64,000 nucleotides of DNA from the human T2T-CHM13v2.0 reference genome, Homo sapiens (GCF_009914755.1 NC_060925.1), one strand, 5' to 3'. Numbered from the stretch's first letter, positions 45,361 to 57,957 are shown. Numbers and translations are program-made. The notes: generated from the letters alone by a model not told the origin.

Positions 45361-46939
45361 GGAGAAATTGCTTAAACATTCTTTTTACTACTGCGGGTGC
45401 AACATTGTTAAATTTTATAGCAGCAGTGTTTCACATCTAAAAACCACTGTATTCTTTAAGAAACATTCAACAGTAAGCCTGTATAACAAGGTGGCTTAAC
45501 TTGCTTGTGGATATCCTGTTAATTTTGCTTTGAACTTGGGTTAGGGTCTGTGTTTAGCCTGAGAGGTCCTTGTAGGGAAGCTTGTATCAGAAGTTCTAAT
45601 GGGTTTGAGTTCTCAGGCCATATATAGCATCATGTTAGTGTTTGAGTTGTGATAAAAATTATGGGGTTTTTTGTTAGGCCTAAATTAAAAGAAATTATTT
45701 TTCTTTTCAACAATGAATCTGAAATTCTTAGTATAACCAAATCTGATGCATTTACAATTTTATGTACACATTGGTGTGTTTCATTTTTTAGAAACTGTGA
45801 AGCCTCATTCAGATAGTATTAAAATACAGGATTTTCCTTTTCATTAATGAGTCCTATGATGTAAGTGTTATATTGATGTTAAAATGAAGTAGTTTTGTAC
45901 CCTGGGTGCATAAAATTGTCAGAGAGAATTAAAGGAGAAAGAACTCAAACTTCATCAGAGATCTTGATTTAATTCATGTGAAGAGTGTGGATTACCCCCA
46001 ACCCCCAACCCCATGACTCTAATACACATTAGAGTGTATTAACTAGGGATGGTGTGTTTATTTCTGCCTTAGGGCACTAGCTTTCCAAATAACTTTTGGT
46101 ATGGGCTTGAGCCATCCCTGTATTCATGCACAGAGTTTCAAGGCAGAAATTTGAGCTACCCTGTAACTTAACAGTTGAAAAAAACCCTGCTTCCTGTGTT
46201 ATCTGTCTTACTTACACTGCCATAGCTTGCAGTTTAGCACTTGTCTTTCTTTTACCTAAGGAAGTAATTTGTTGAGGGAACTAGCCCTTTTGCTTATTGA
46301 AACTTTGCAGGGTGGCACTAGTGGAACGTAGTACTACTCCCATGTGTGCCTACATTTTTTCTTTTATCTGAAAGTGCTCCAAGCCAGAAATCCTTGATTA
46401 TTTACAGTGCATAAGAGTTCTTACATGCTGTGGGTAAAAGAGTGCAGGGCATGGAACCTGTCTATTTTATGCAGTTCAAGAAAACTCATTGATTATTGAG
46501 TACATGTTCGTTCTCATGATATTCATTTGTCCCTGATATAAAAATTGTTCATCTTTCTTACTCTGAGAAAGCCATTAGGAAGTTTCTAAGCCCCAAACTA
46601 CTGTTACCTGTATCTAAAAATAGCTGGTATTGGTATTATAAAGAAACTGTTGACAATTTTGTGGTCCCCTCAGTCTCTGAGACTTCAGTACCAAATTGTT
46701 TTTAACCTGATACACTGTAAATATAAGTTATGATTATAAGTTTTTATCTGAACTGCAATTCACTACATTATTTCAGTGAACAGTATATGATTGAGAATGT
46801 TTTCTTTTGAATTTAACTACATTAGTATACAGTTAGGTTTTTTTAATCTGTTTTACTTTTGAAATGTGTTGGTTTGTGAATTAGCATTTGTTTTAACTGC
46901 TATTCTGTTTCTCTTTTATGTTATTTGTTTATTTTTTAG

Positions 46940-47073
46940 TGATTCGCCTTTGCCAGTCTCATCTCGTGTCTGCTTTGTTAAGTTCCATGATCCAGACTCA
47001 GCAGTTGTGGCACAGCATCTGACAAACACTGTATTCGTTGACAGAGCTTTGATAGTCGTACCATATGCAGAAG
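46940..47073 (+). CDS. SRSF11: SRSF11 coding exon 2 (DSPLPVSSRVCFVKFHDPDS...VVPYAE): rest of the RRM
   Basis: Acceptor ttttttag; donor AAG|GTTTGT; 134 nt; RNP1-like RVCFVKF. Confidence 0.98.
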
Positions 47074-49612
47074 GTTTGTGCTTTGTTTAACTACCTATGT
47101 GGGCATCCTAAGATGACCATCTACCTCAGTAGATGTAGAGTGAGCATTAGTAGCATGTTAAATCTAAGCTATTAACATTTTTAAACCCTTGTTATACTGC
47201 AGTCCGTAATTTTTGCTTGCAGATTTTTTTTAATTCTAAAAATTAGAAATTAGGTCTGTTATTATAAGGTATTTACCTTTTGTTTTCTTTTAAAACATTT
47301 TTAAGTTGTTTAAAACCATGTCCCTTATTGTAACTCCCTGAGATACATCTACTTAGTTAATTTAATGTTAAGTTTTATGAAAAAGCCCTGAAGGTAAATG
47401 ATTCACTCCATGTATGCTTACAGAGCCTTCAAATAAATGCATGATGTTATTTCTGTTTTAAATAAATGAGTAGGTTGATTTTATTTTCTTAAAGCTTCCT
47501 CACATTGATAATCTGGAAAAAAAAAAAACACATTGAATTTCAGTATACCAAGGGTTGCAGTGATTTTGGTTTTCGTGAAAGTTCAAGATTTCCTGTAGCT
47601 TAGGTGCCAAATGGGCACTGGGTGTTTTATTTTATGCCAGATTTTCTTGTTCATTCTTGCTATATTTCTAGAATATCTCTAAATAATAAATTCTTCTCTC
47701 TGTTATTTGTGTGTGTGATTTTTATAGTGGAGAAGGCAAATGCAAAACCCTTCCAGATGCCTGAAAAACAGTGGGTCCTCTGCAGCTACAGGGGATTCTA
47801 GACATTAACTAAAGGCCAGCAAGCACTCAAGTGCCCCAAGTGTTTTCCTGGTGTAACCATTTGTTAACTACATTTTCTCTCTTTTTACATTTTAGGCTGT
47901 TAAAGTAATTTGACAGAAAAAAATGAGCAGGTTTTTTGGATCTAAAAAGCCACTGTGACAAGAAATTTTAATACCATTTTGTAAAATTTTCTAAGGCGTA
48001 TTTTATAATTAGTTTGTTCCCAATGTACTGCTACTTGATTTGCATTTTGGTAACTATAAATTTTACTCGAATCACTGAAATATGATAAAACTGCTGGATT
48101 TTAAGTTAATAATTTAATATGCTGACCAGGATTTAAATGCTTTCCCCTTTCCTTAATAAACTGGTCAGTGGAAGTGGAATCTTAATATTGTTCATTTTAG
48201 ATGCTATCTGAAATCTTTGAAAACAAATGTGAGCATTTACACCATACCTTGTAAAAGTTGTGAAATGTCTAGTCCTTAACAGAGAAGTTGCCTCTGGTTT
48301 TCTAAAGAAATTAACTTATATTTATAAATGGGTTAAGACATGTTATGTAATAGTACCTCTGTCTCCATGATATTAAAGTGTATGAGCCCAGTTTTAAGGT
48401 TTTGTAATGTATAGATAGATAAATTTTTGAGTTAGTGTGTTTTGGTTAAGCAATTTCTTTTATGTCAGTGTGCCTGTTGTAGGATAAGACCATCAACAGA
48501 AAATTTACAGAATTCAAATTCAGGATGAATAAAATAGAGTATAGGTCTTGGAACAAGGGTCAAATCATGTGAGTAATATGTAAAACATTTTGGTTAGCCT
48601 GTAAATTTAAATTTTTTATTGGCTAAGTATTATAGTTCCCAATCCCTGAACATAATACAGTATATCATATAAATGACTTTCATAAATATTTTCAGGCCAT
48701 AGTAATTTTTCTAGACCTATTTTTGGAAGTGAAGTATTTAGGAATATACAGTATATAGAATTAGGGGAATATTTCATTCAGAATTCTATTGTTGGTGAAT
48801 TTAATTCTGGTATGATATGCTGTATTAATGTTACCTCCAGTAAATACAATTCCCTCCAGATTTAGCTATTACACTTCGGTGTTAGCTCTTGGTCAGTGTT
48901 TTAGAACAGTAGACATAGTCTACGGTAAGGAATAGTCTTAATTGGTAAAACTAAGATAGCTGAATTTGGAAGGAACTCTTAATAGTAATGGATTTGGGGA
49001 TTTTTTAGGTTCCTTGGTTAATGTTTGTTTCTTTTGTCTGTTTCTTTTTCTTTCATTTCTACACATTCATGCAGTATTTCATGGTTCTATCAAAGCAGCA
49101 GTAAAAAAAATACTCTTGACGCATGAAAATTAACTGGTGAGGGGCCTCATTGCTATTTTTAAATTGTAGTTTTATTTTTAAATAGTCTTTTTTTAATCAG
49201 AGGATCAGATGCATGACTTTTTTTTTTTTAATGGATGCAGATCTTCTATCAGGTGTCTCACAATAAATTCAAGAGGATTTTAGTTTGCCAGAAATGTTGC
49301 AAATGCACTAATTTGAGTAAGATGTTGATACTGAATATATCCTCTTGAGACATAATTTTGCATGCAAAATTATCCCATAATCTTTGTAGGTTTGTTAATA
49401 TTGATGCATTACTGCCCTATATCTAAATGATCTTCTCCCCCTTCCCCTCCATAACTCTTGGTATCTAAATTGATGACAGCTCTGACACAAGCAAGATAAC
49501 AGTGCTGTGTAGTATACATTTGTTTATATTATCGGCACTTCTCAGTATAGGTGGAAGGAACCATTACCTTTATTTAACAGTGGTTTTTCTTTTTTGTTGT
49601 TGTGTTTTACAG

Positions 49613-49721
49613 TTCTTTTCCCTGGTTCAGCCTGAACTATATACCAGGCCCTGCTGAAAATACCACCCAACAGTTTTCTTCTGCAGCTTATCCAGTTTCT
49701 CTTAAGTGCCCTGTACATATT
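49613..49721 (+). other. SRSF11: SRSF11 poison cassette exon A (109 nt; TGA at 49633-49635)
   Basis: Long U/UG tract plus cag acceptor; donor ATT|GTATGT; reads VLFPGSA* after coding exon 2. SR-gene poison exons are established. Confidence 0.85.
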
Positions 49722-50376
49722 GTATGTTTTATGATGAGATGCAGTTTCTTAATATGTATTACAGAAATACTACTGGTATTTGCAAATATGTAGTTTAATT
49801 GTATTATTGAACTCTCATTTTGGGGGCTTGGGCACATTAACAGATTAATCCATCTGTATAGGGCTTTTGCTGTTGGATAGAATTTAAATTGTCTACATAA
49901 ATATTTGTTTTAGGACCCTTAGATTTTATCTGAATACACAGATTAGGCTTTAAAAACAGATATATATGTCATTTTTGGCTTAAGGAGTTTGGCTAAGTTA
50001 GCTTTTCAACTGGCACTGTATGGCAGCATTTTTTGGTATGGTTAGCATGGCACATGGCGAAACATAAAGCATTTTACTGTACAGGTAAGGAATGTGCCAT
50101 GTTGTTTTACCTATCTCTCTTTCTCTCTCACTCCCATGCACACATCCTGTGTGTATTCAGAGACCTTCAGAAACATTCATATTCATTTTCATGAGTCAGC
50201 AAAAGCCCTACGCTTGATTCCAACAGAATATTTCCTTTACATACTTTCTTCTCTTAATTTTTACAAAATTTGTATGGTAGGTGTAAAAGAAAATCATAGT
50301 AACTGTACCATATTATTAACCCCTAAATCAAACTTTTTTTGTCTTGTGTATCTTGATTTTTCTGTGTGCTTTATAG

Positions 50377-50493
50377 TGAAGCAGCCGACACGAGTCGTTG
50401 TTCATAAAACAGCTTTTGAAAGTTGAGAGCACACCCCTGGAGAACCGACTGTGCTTGCTTACGTTTGGTTCATGACTTAAAAATCGAGTACAG
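50377..50493 (+). other. SRSF11: SRSF11 poison cassette exon B (117 nt; TGA at 50424-50426)
   Basis: Acceptor ...tctgtgtgctttatag; donor CAG|GTGATG; reads VKQPTRVVVHKTAFES*; several CpGs retained in an AT-rich intron, suggesting constraint. Confidence 0.8.
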
Positions 50494-50785
50494 GTGATGA
50501 AATCTTGGCAGTGTTAACAAAAAAGTAGTGTGTATTGTGCTATTTTTTTTTACTCTAGAAACTTAACCATTTGTAGAGAAAAAGGAAACAAATTTTCACA
50601 CATTGAAGTTCATTCTGACATAAAATTAATGATAAATAATCATAGAAATCAAGCTTTGTATTTTAGCGAACATAAGTACTTTCAACAAACTCAGGTGGTG
50701 TATCAGGGAGACATTTTCTGGGTGTTTTTGTGTGTTTTCTGTCTTAGAAAAGAATGTGTTCTAATGCAAGGATGTTTCTCTGCAG

Positions 50786-50895
50786 GAGTTATTCCTGATG
50801 AAGCTAAAGCTTTGTCTCTGTTGGCACCAGCTAATGCAGTGGCAGGTCTTCTGCCTGGTGGTGGACTCCTGCCTACTCCTAACCCACTTACCCAG
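50786..50895 (+). CDS. SRSF11: SRSF11 coding exon 3 (GVIPDEAKALSLLAPANAVAGLLPGGGLLPTPNPLTQ)
   Basis: Acceptor ctctgcag; donor CAG|GTACTA; 110 nt, cumulative 447 nt. Confidence 0.97.
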
Positions 50896-51711
50896 GTACT
50901 AGTTCTATTGAATTCTTAAAGGGTGGGGAAAAAAACAGAATTGTGCATAAAGCTAAACATATTTGAACTTTGTAAGTACTCATAAGATTCTAGTTCAGAT
51001 AGCATTATCACATGTCTATATCAAAATCACAAATAGTATAGAAGATCTCTTAGACTTTTGTATTTTAAGAACATTCTGAAAAATCATAAAATATCTGTTC
51101 TGTCACTTTTACCATTGGCTCTCAAAATAACCCATGAGTAGTTTTGGAACAGTCTCCTGAGGCATGAACACTTCTCTGAACACACTGTTAAAAATATATT
51201 CATTTGGACCAGGAAAGAAAACTGAAGTTAAAATTTCACAAGTGAGCCCTTCATTTTTTTTTCCTTCCCCTTTATCTTTTCCTGTTATTTGGGGGGTTTT
51301 GAATTACATAGGTGGCTTGAAAACAAAGGCAATTCTTGATGGAGATGTTTGATATGGGAATGTGAAAGAAAATTGGTTGCAATAGTGTTTCTAACACTGA
51401 CAGTGCTGTACGAAGCTTATTTTAGAACTAAAAGGCACTTTAAATACTGTGTATTCTAATTACTGAGATTGTAACTGGTCAGTAGTTTCAAAGATTGTAG
51501 TGAATGAGCCTCAACTGGAAATTTATAAAAGCATTCTTTCTAGTGTATCATTTTGCCTGTCTAAATAATTGACTAATTGACTCTTAACTGTGAAGTGCAC
51601 TATAGAATGAAAGATTAGGAGTTCCTAAGCTTTTTAGGTGTGACTTTTATCACTTAACTCCTAGGTTATTTCTTTTAACCTATAAAATGAGGATCTGAGT
51701 AATTTTCTTTA

Positions 51712-52067
<356 letters not shown>

Positions 52068-52309
52068 TAATTTTCTAAATTCCTTTAATGTATAAAGCTA
52101 TGCAATAGCTATGTTGGACAGTAAGTTAAAATAGTATTAACACAGCATTTTGCCTGTTACGAATAAACAGTTAAATTATAGAAAGTTTGATAGTTTGTGT
52201 TTACTAAATAAATTGAAACAAGGAGAACTTGTAGCACAGGTGGAGAAAGTGAGGCTGTTTCAAAAGCTACAGATGGTTTTAAAGTAGCCTCACTTTCATG
52301 GTTTGTGTC

Positions 52310-52875
52310 TATTACATTATGGATTAATCAGAATTGGTGTCAAGCAGGTGGCAGAACCCTGCAGTGATTTGAACAGGGAACATTTAAGGAATTACTAACT
52401 AGTTATAGGAGATTACTAGGGGAACTCTAATGAATACAGGAATCACAAGTATAAGAAACAACCACTACCTCTGAGGCTGAAGCAGAAGGAACACCCATTT
52501 AGTTCAGGGGACTCCTCTTTCCCCATCTATGCTGAAACTTAGATTTGTTTTTGGAAGGGTGACTAGTAAATAAGTTCTCTTGGGTGCCCTGGGGAGCTGC
52601 ATAAGGAGTTGGTATTAAAACTTACTGAGAGGCGAGGGCTACTGGGTGTTTGACATGGTGCTGCAGGAATAATCAGAAAGGGGACACAGCAACCAGGAAG
52701 AGCCCCTTTCTTAGTCAGTGTCCTTCCAGCACTCTTTCCAAATGAAGTCTTATATCATGGCAACTGTCAAAGGAGAAATGCTTTGTAAAGGTCCTGCCTC
52801 CGGTAGCACAAAACAGCAGGGCAAAGAATAGTAGATTTGGATCCTGAGAAGCAATAAATAATTAAAATCAGCACA
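52310..52875. mobile_element. Ancient ERV LTR remnant (LTR78/79-like)
   Basis: cagtgtccttccagcactc...caaaggagaaat...gatttggatcctgagaagcaataaat...gcaca resembles the recalled consensus. Confidence 0.5.
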
Positions 52876-52974
52876 AGAATATGTTGAAATATTTTGTCTT
52901 TTTTTCTTAATCTAGGATTTAGGGGGGAAATGTGTTGTAATGGGTGGAACATGGGTGTCATATAGAGCAAGACT

Positions 52975-53161
52975 CCTATTTCTGTTAATAGATTGTTATT
53001 GGACCACAGCCATTTGTTTAGGTATCGTCTCTGGCTGCTTTCAAGCTATGATGGCAGTAGTTATATGGTTTGTGTACAACTGAGGAGTTGTACGGAGACC
53101 ATGTAGCCTGAAAACTCAAGTTGTTATCTGACCCTTTACATTAAAAAAGTATTAACCCCTG
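52975..53161. mobile_element. MER58A-like hAT MITE
   Basis: ttattggaccacagccatt...ctggctgctttc...atctgaccctttaca...aacccctg. Confidence 0.7.
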
Positions 53162-53213
53162 GTATAAGGAACTGAAATGAAGTTTTAAATAAATAAAATT
53201 TGCCATTTCACAG

Positions 53214-53306
53214 ATTGGCGCTGTTCCACTGGCTGCTTTGGGGGCTCCTACTCTTGATCCTGCCCTTGCTGCACTTGGGCTTCCTGGAGCAAACTTGAAC
53301 TCTCAG
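53214..53306 (+). CDS. SRSF11: SRSF11 coding exon 4 (IGAVPLAALGAPTLDPALAALGLPGANLNSQ)
   Basis: Acceptor tttcacag; donor CAG|GTATAC; 93 nt; open in frame. Confidence 0.96.
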
Positions 53307-54018
53307 GTATACCTTAGTAACTTCAAATTTTTCACCCATTTTTACAGAAGATCTGTTTCATTAACTGTTGGTTTGCATTTCAAGAGCAGAAGCTAATGGC
53401 TATGTTGTAGTAATTTTTTTTCTTGTTTAAACTTGTCAGAGCTTTAAACAGTCACTGAATGACTAACTCCTTTATCCATTAATGGATTTCTTTTATATAG
53501 TTCAAAATAGAAAATAGATTCACAAGAAGCCAGTACATTATCAGTGTGTCATAGAGTCAGAGTAAATAGTCATGAAAAGATAAGAATGTGGTTTATAATT
53601 TTTCTATCATGGAAATTTTTCTTTTATTTTAATTTAGCTAACCTTTTTTTCTGAAGTTCTTTGTAGAGGTCTTTTGCATTATATTGGCTAAGGTGTTTTG
53701 AGTTTTACATGTTTCTTTATGTCAAAAAGTCTTAAAGGAGACATAATTCTATAATACCTAGACTGTTCAGCCTCATAATCTTTAGATAACTTGCTAAAGC
53801 TGCTCTATCCAATACTGTAGCTACTGATGTCACCGGTTTTTGTTTTGTTTTGTTTTGTTTTTTGTTTTTGTTTTTTCTTTTTTAATGTGGCTACTAAAAA
53901 ATTTATGTTTCATGGCATGTAGTCTGCATGGATTTCTGTTGTTCAGTTTTCTGCCTAGAAAATATCGGTCATTTATTGTTTTATGTATTCTCATTATTCT
54001 TATGTTTTATTTTTACAG

Positions 54019-54068
54019 TCTCTTGCTGCAGATCAGTTGCTGAAGCTTATGAGTACTGTTGATCCCAA
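54019..54068 (+). CDS. SRSF11: SRSF11 coding exon 5 (SLAADQLLKLMSTVDPK)
   Basis: Acceptor tttttacag; donor CAA|GTAAGC; 50 nt. Confidence 0.95.
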
Positions 54069-54823
54069 GTAAGCGTTTTTTCTTTGTTTTCATTGGTGAT
54101 GTGGTATCTGAATGTCTACAGAATTAGAGTTTTTTTGATAGCTTATAAGAAAGTTATCAAGTTATCTTTTCTCAAGACAAGCAATATGTATTGTTACCTA
54201 GAAACAAGGAGAGAAATACAGAAGTAAGTAAGGTCCTCTAAACTATTTTGTTTCAGTGTCATTTGAGTCTTGAATAGTAATTGTAAATGACTTATACCTG
54301 GATGATAGCAAAAGAGCTAATAAGGGACAACTTCGTTTGAAGATCAGAGGCTGAGTCCTGAGGATAGTAGGAGTTAGAGGCAAAGCTGAGGGAATCACTA
54401 TCCCAGAGCAAAGTAGTATTACATATTATATAATTAATAGCCAACATTTTATTTTAGGTGCTTTTGATAAGTGCTCTTCATGCTGTCACAGAAATTGTTT
54501 CCGACTTGATGATGTGACAGATTCATCAGTTTTTTTCACTGGTTATTTGTTGGCATAATAAATTTGAACTTTATACCTTTTCCCCTTAACTTGGTGAAAG
54601 TCACTATCAGTAAGTGAGAGAGCATGAAAAGGACAGAATCGTTGGACTTCAGTAGTTAGTGGACTTTTTTCTTAGAAATTATCTAAAAATAAAACCAAGC
54701 ATGTACCCATCACCCAGCTTATAAAATAAAATAATACCAATACAGTTGAAGCTTCCTATATACCCATTATTTATTACATTTCCTGTTCTGCCCACAAATA
54801 ACTACTAAATTTGTTGTCTATAA

Positions 54824-55147
<324 letters not shown>

Positions 55148-55307
55148 TACAATTTTTTTTTTACATGTGTAAACCTGTAAGGGGCATCTTTAGCCTTTCC
55201 ACTCAAGACTTCATGTGTAATTTTGGTAGGCCTTTGGCCTCTGCCTCAGTTCCTCCCCACCTACAAAGTAAAAGGTAATGCTCTTCCCCAAAAAATTACT
55301 ATGTCAT

Positions 55308-55310
<3 letters not shown>

Positions 55311-55341
<31 letters not shown>

Positions 55342-55605
55342 AGACGAAATCTCACTCTGTCGCCCAGGCTGGAGTGCAGTGGCGCGATGTCTGCCTCCCG
55401 GGTTCAAGCAATTCTGCTGTCTCAGCCTCCCGAATAGCTGGGACTACAGGCGCCTGCCACCATGCCTGGCTAGTTTTTTGTATTTTGAGTAGAGATGGGA
55501 TTTCACCGTGTTAGCCAGTATGATCTCGATCTCCTGACCTCGTGATCCACCTGCCTTGGCCTCCCAAGGGGCTGGGATTACAGGCGTGAGCCACCACACC
55601 GGCCC
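55311..55605 (-). mobile_element. Alu (Sc/Y-like) with a T30 tail and small deletion
   Basis: Antisense dimer. Confidence 0.95.
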
Positions 55606-55943
55606 AAAAATTTTTAATTTATATGAATAAAAGTTCTTAGCATCAGCATATTTTCTTGTACTGGCATTTCTAAAAATGTGTTTGTTTATGGAAAGTTAAT
55701 GGATGTTCAGCAAAATAGGTATTTTTCTAATTCCAGATGACTCTTAGTCATTAAAACAAATACTTGTAAATATTCAAAACAGTGCTATGCTATATGTTGT
55801 TTACCAAAGTTATCATGGAGTCCTCCCCTCCCTTTTTTTGAAGGAATATTTTGCTAAAATAATGTTATATACTTAAGTATTTATTTGAAATGCTCGTGTG
55901 CATTTTAAAATATTTCAGATCCCATTTCTTGGTTCTGTTTCAG

Positions 55944-56071
55944 GTTGAATCATGTAGCTGCTGGTCTCGTTTCACCAAGTCTGAAATCGGATACCTCTAG
56001 TAAAGAAATAGAGGAAGCTATGAAAAGAGTACGAGAAGCACAGTCCCTAATTTCTGCTGCTATAGAACCAG
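55944..56071 (+). CDS. SRSF11: SRSF11 coding exon 6 (LNHVAAGLVSPSLKSDTSSKEIEEAMKRVREAQSLISAAIEP)
   Basis: Acceptor tgtttcag; donor CAG|GTAAAC; 128 nt, cumulative 718 nt. Confidence 0.96.
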
Positions 56072-56204
56072 GTAAACAATGTTTATGCAATTTTGTTGTG
56101 TGATTCTTAGCAAAAATGATTTTGACATAAATGTGGAATTGTGTTGAGTGACACCCTAGTCGTTTAAAATGTTGTAAACTCTGATAAAAGATTGTATAGT
56201 GGAG

Positions 56205-56355
56205 TGCCACTCAGACGTATTTGGAGACAATTCTGGTGGTCACAGGAGTACCAACTGCATCTAGAGGGCAAAGGACCAACATGTTGCTAGATATCCTGCA
56301 ACAAACAGCACAGCCTTCCACAGCAGTGGTTAATCTAGTCCAAAATGTCAGTAGG
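56205..56355. mobile_element. MER20 fragment
   Basis: ttggagacaattctggtggtcaca...gcatctag...tgctagatatcctgcaa...ccaaaatgtcagtag. Confidence 0.7.
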
Positions 56356-57602
56356 ATTATCTAATACTTGAAACGATATTTTGTTTTTCTTATTATTTAT
56401 GTTTTTCTAAGTTGGGATAGCCTAATTTTAATTTTTTTCATTGATCAAGAGAACCTAGTGAAAATGCTTCTGTTTAAAATGATATTTCTTTAAAGAAAAT
56501 TAGTTGTCTTCTTTGCAGATTGTCTTTTTGAGAGTAAATGAATAGATATCATATTATCTGCCCATATATATTTAGATCTATGGCCCTGGATTTTCTTTCT
56601 TATAAATATCTTGTTCATTAATAAATGGGAATGTTTTTTAATGTGCCTATTGTTAGGAAAATAATTTTAAAGTATAATAGTGGATAAACTGATACCAAAT
56701 GCTTTATATGTATTATGTTATTTAACCAGGAAAATGTCAAATAATTAGCCACAGTTACATGGCAAGCAGTAGGAACTTTTAGATAGCACAGCCGGGTGTA
56801 TGTAAAGTTTATGACACACCGTGTTCTAACTGCTGTTTATATTGAAAATATATGATTAAAGTGACTGAATGTAGTTTCTTTATGAACTGATGTTTTTACC
56901 AATATTTTTATGAATTTATTATAATGACATTCACAATAAATTGAACCCTATTAATGAAATGACTTAAATGTAAAAGAAACTCAATCTCACTTTGATGATA
57001 GTCAGTGAATGTAGAATACAATGACTTTATTTCTCTTGTTATGTCCCCAGTTAAGGAATTTCTTATGTGTAGTTCTAGATTTCCTTTCTATATTTACACA
57101 ATTGAAAATTGGTAGGGAAGAGGAGTGATGAGCAGATAATAGGAAGCGAGCTAGCTTACTAAAATCTGATTCTGTCACAGAAGTGGACTAAAATCAGTGA
57201 GTGAATCATGACTTTCTGCATTTGGGGGCCAAATATTGAGTCTGTGAAGAATCAAGGAAAGGAAAGGGGACCCCTCATTTAGAACCTTGTCAAGAGTAAA
57301 TCAGAGCCAGAGAATGAGAAATTTACCCTCTTTATAGACTGCTTTACAGAAAACACTTCACAGCCTCTTAAGTCTGGCAAGTAAAATAGGCAAAGGAACC
57401 TTTAGCTAGCTGAGAATTAGAAGTCTAATTTGGATCTACCAAAAGCTTGGATGATTTGCAATTTATAGTATTTCAGTAAGCTTCAAAATCGTGATTATAA
57501 AATGGTTACTTGTGACATTCAAGGGTTGTATGTAAAAGCTGAAAACTAAGGTGAAAAATTATTAGAATAACTTCTGAAAGGGAATAATCTTCCTATTTGA
57601 TG

Positions 57603-57910
57603 TGTTTTTTTGTTTGCTTGTTTTTGTTTTTGAGGGGTCTCACTCTGTTGCCGAGGCTGGAGTGCAGTGGTGCAATCACAGCTCACTGCACCGTCCATCT
57701 CCAGGCTCAAGCAATCCTCCCAGCTCAGCCTCCCCAAGTACCTGGGACCACAGGCACACACCGCCATGCCCAGCTAATTTTTGTATTTTTTGTAGAGATG
57801 AGGCCTCACTATATTGCCCAGGCTGGTCTTGAACTCCTGGACTGAAGTGTTGCTCCCACTTCAGCCTCTCATAGTGCTGTGATTACAGGCATGAGCCACT
57901 GCGTCTGGCC
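57603..57910 (-). mobile_element. Alu (J-like), ending ~47 nt before the coding exon 7 acceptor
   Basis: Antisense dimer; TSD cctattt. Confidence 0.94.
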
Positions 57911-57957
57911 CCTATTTAATAACTTCTAAATGCAGGTTCCTTTTCTTTTAAATATAG

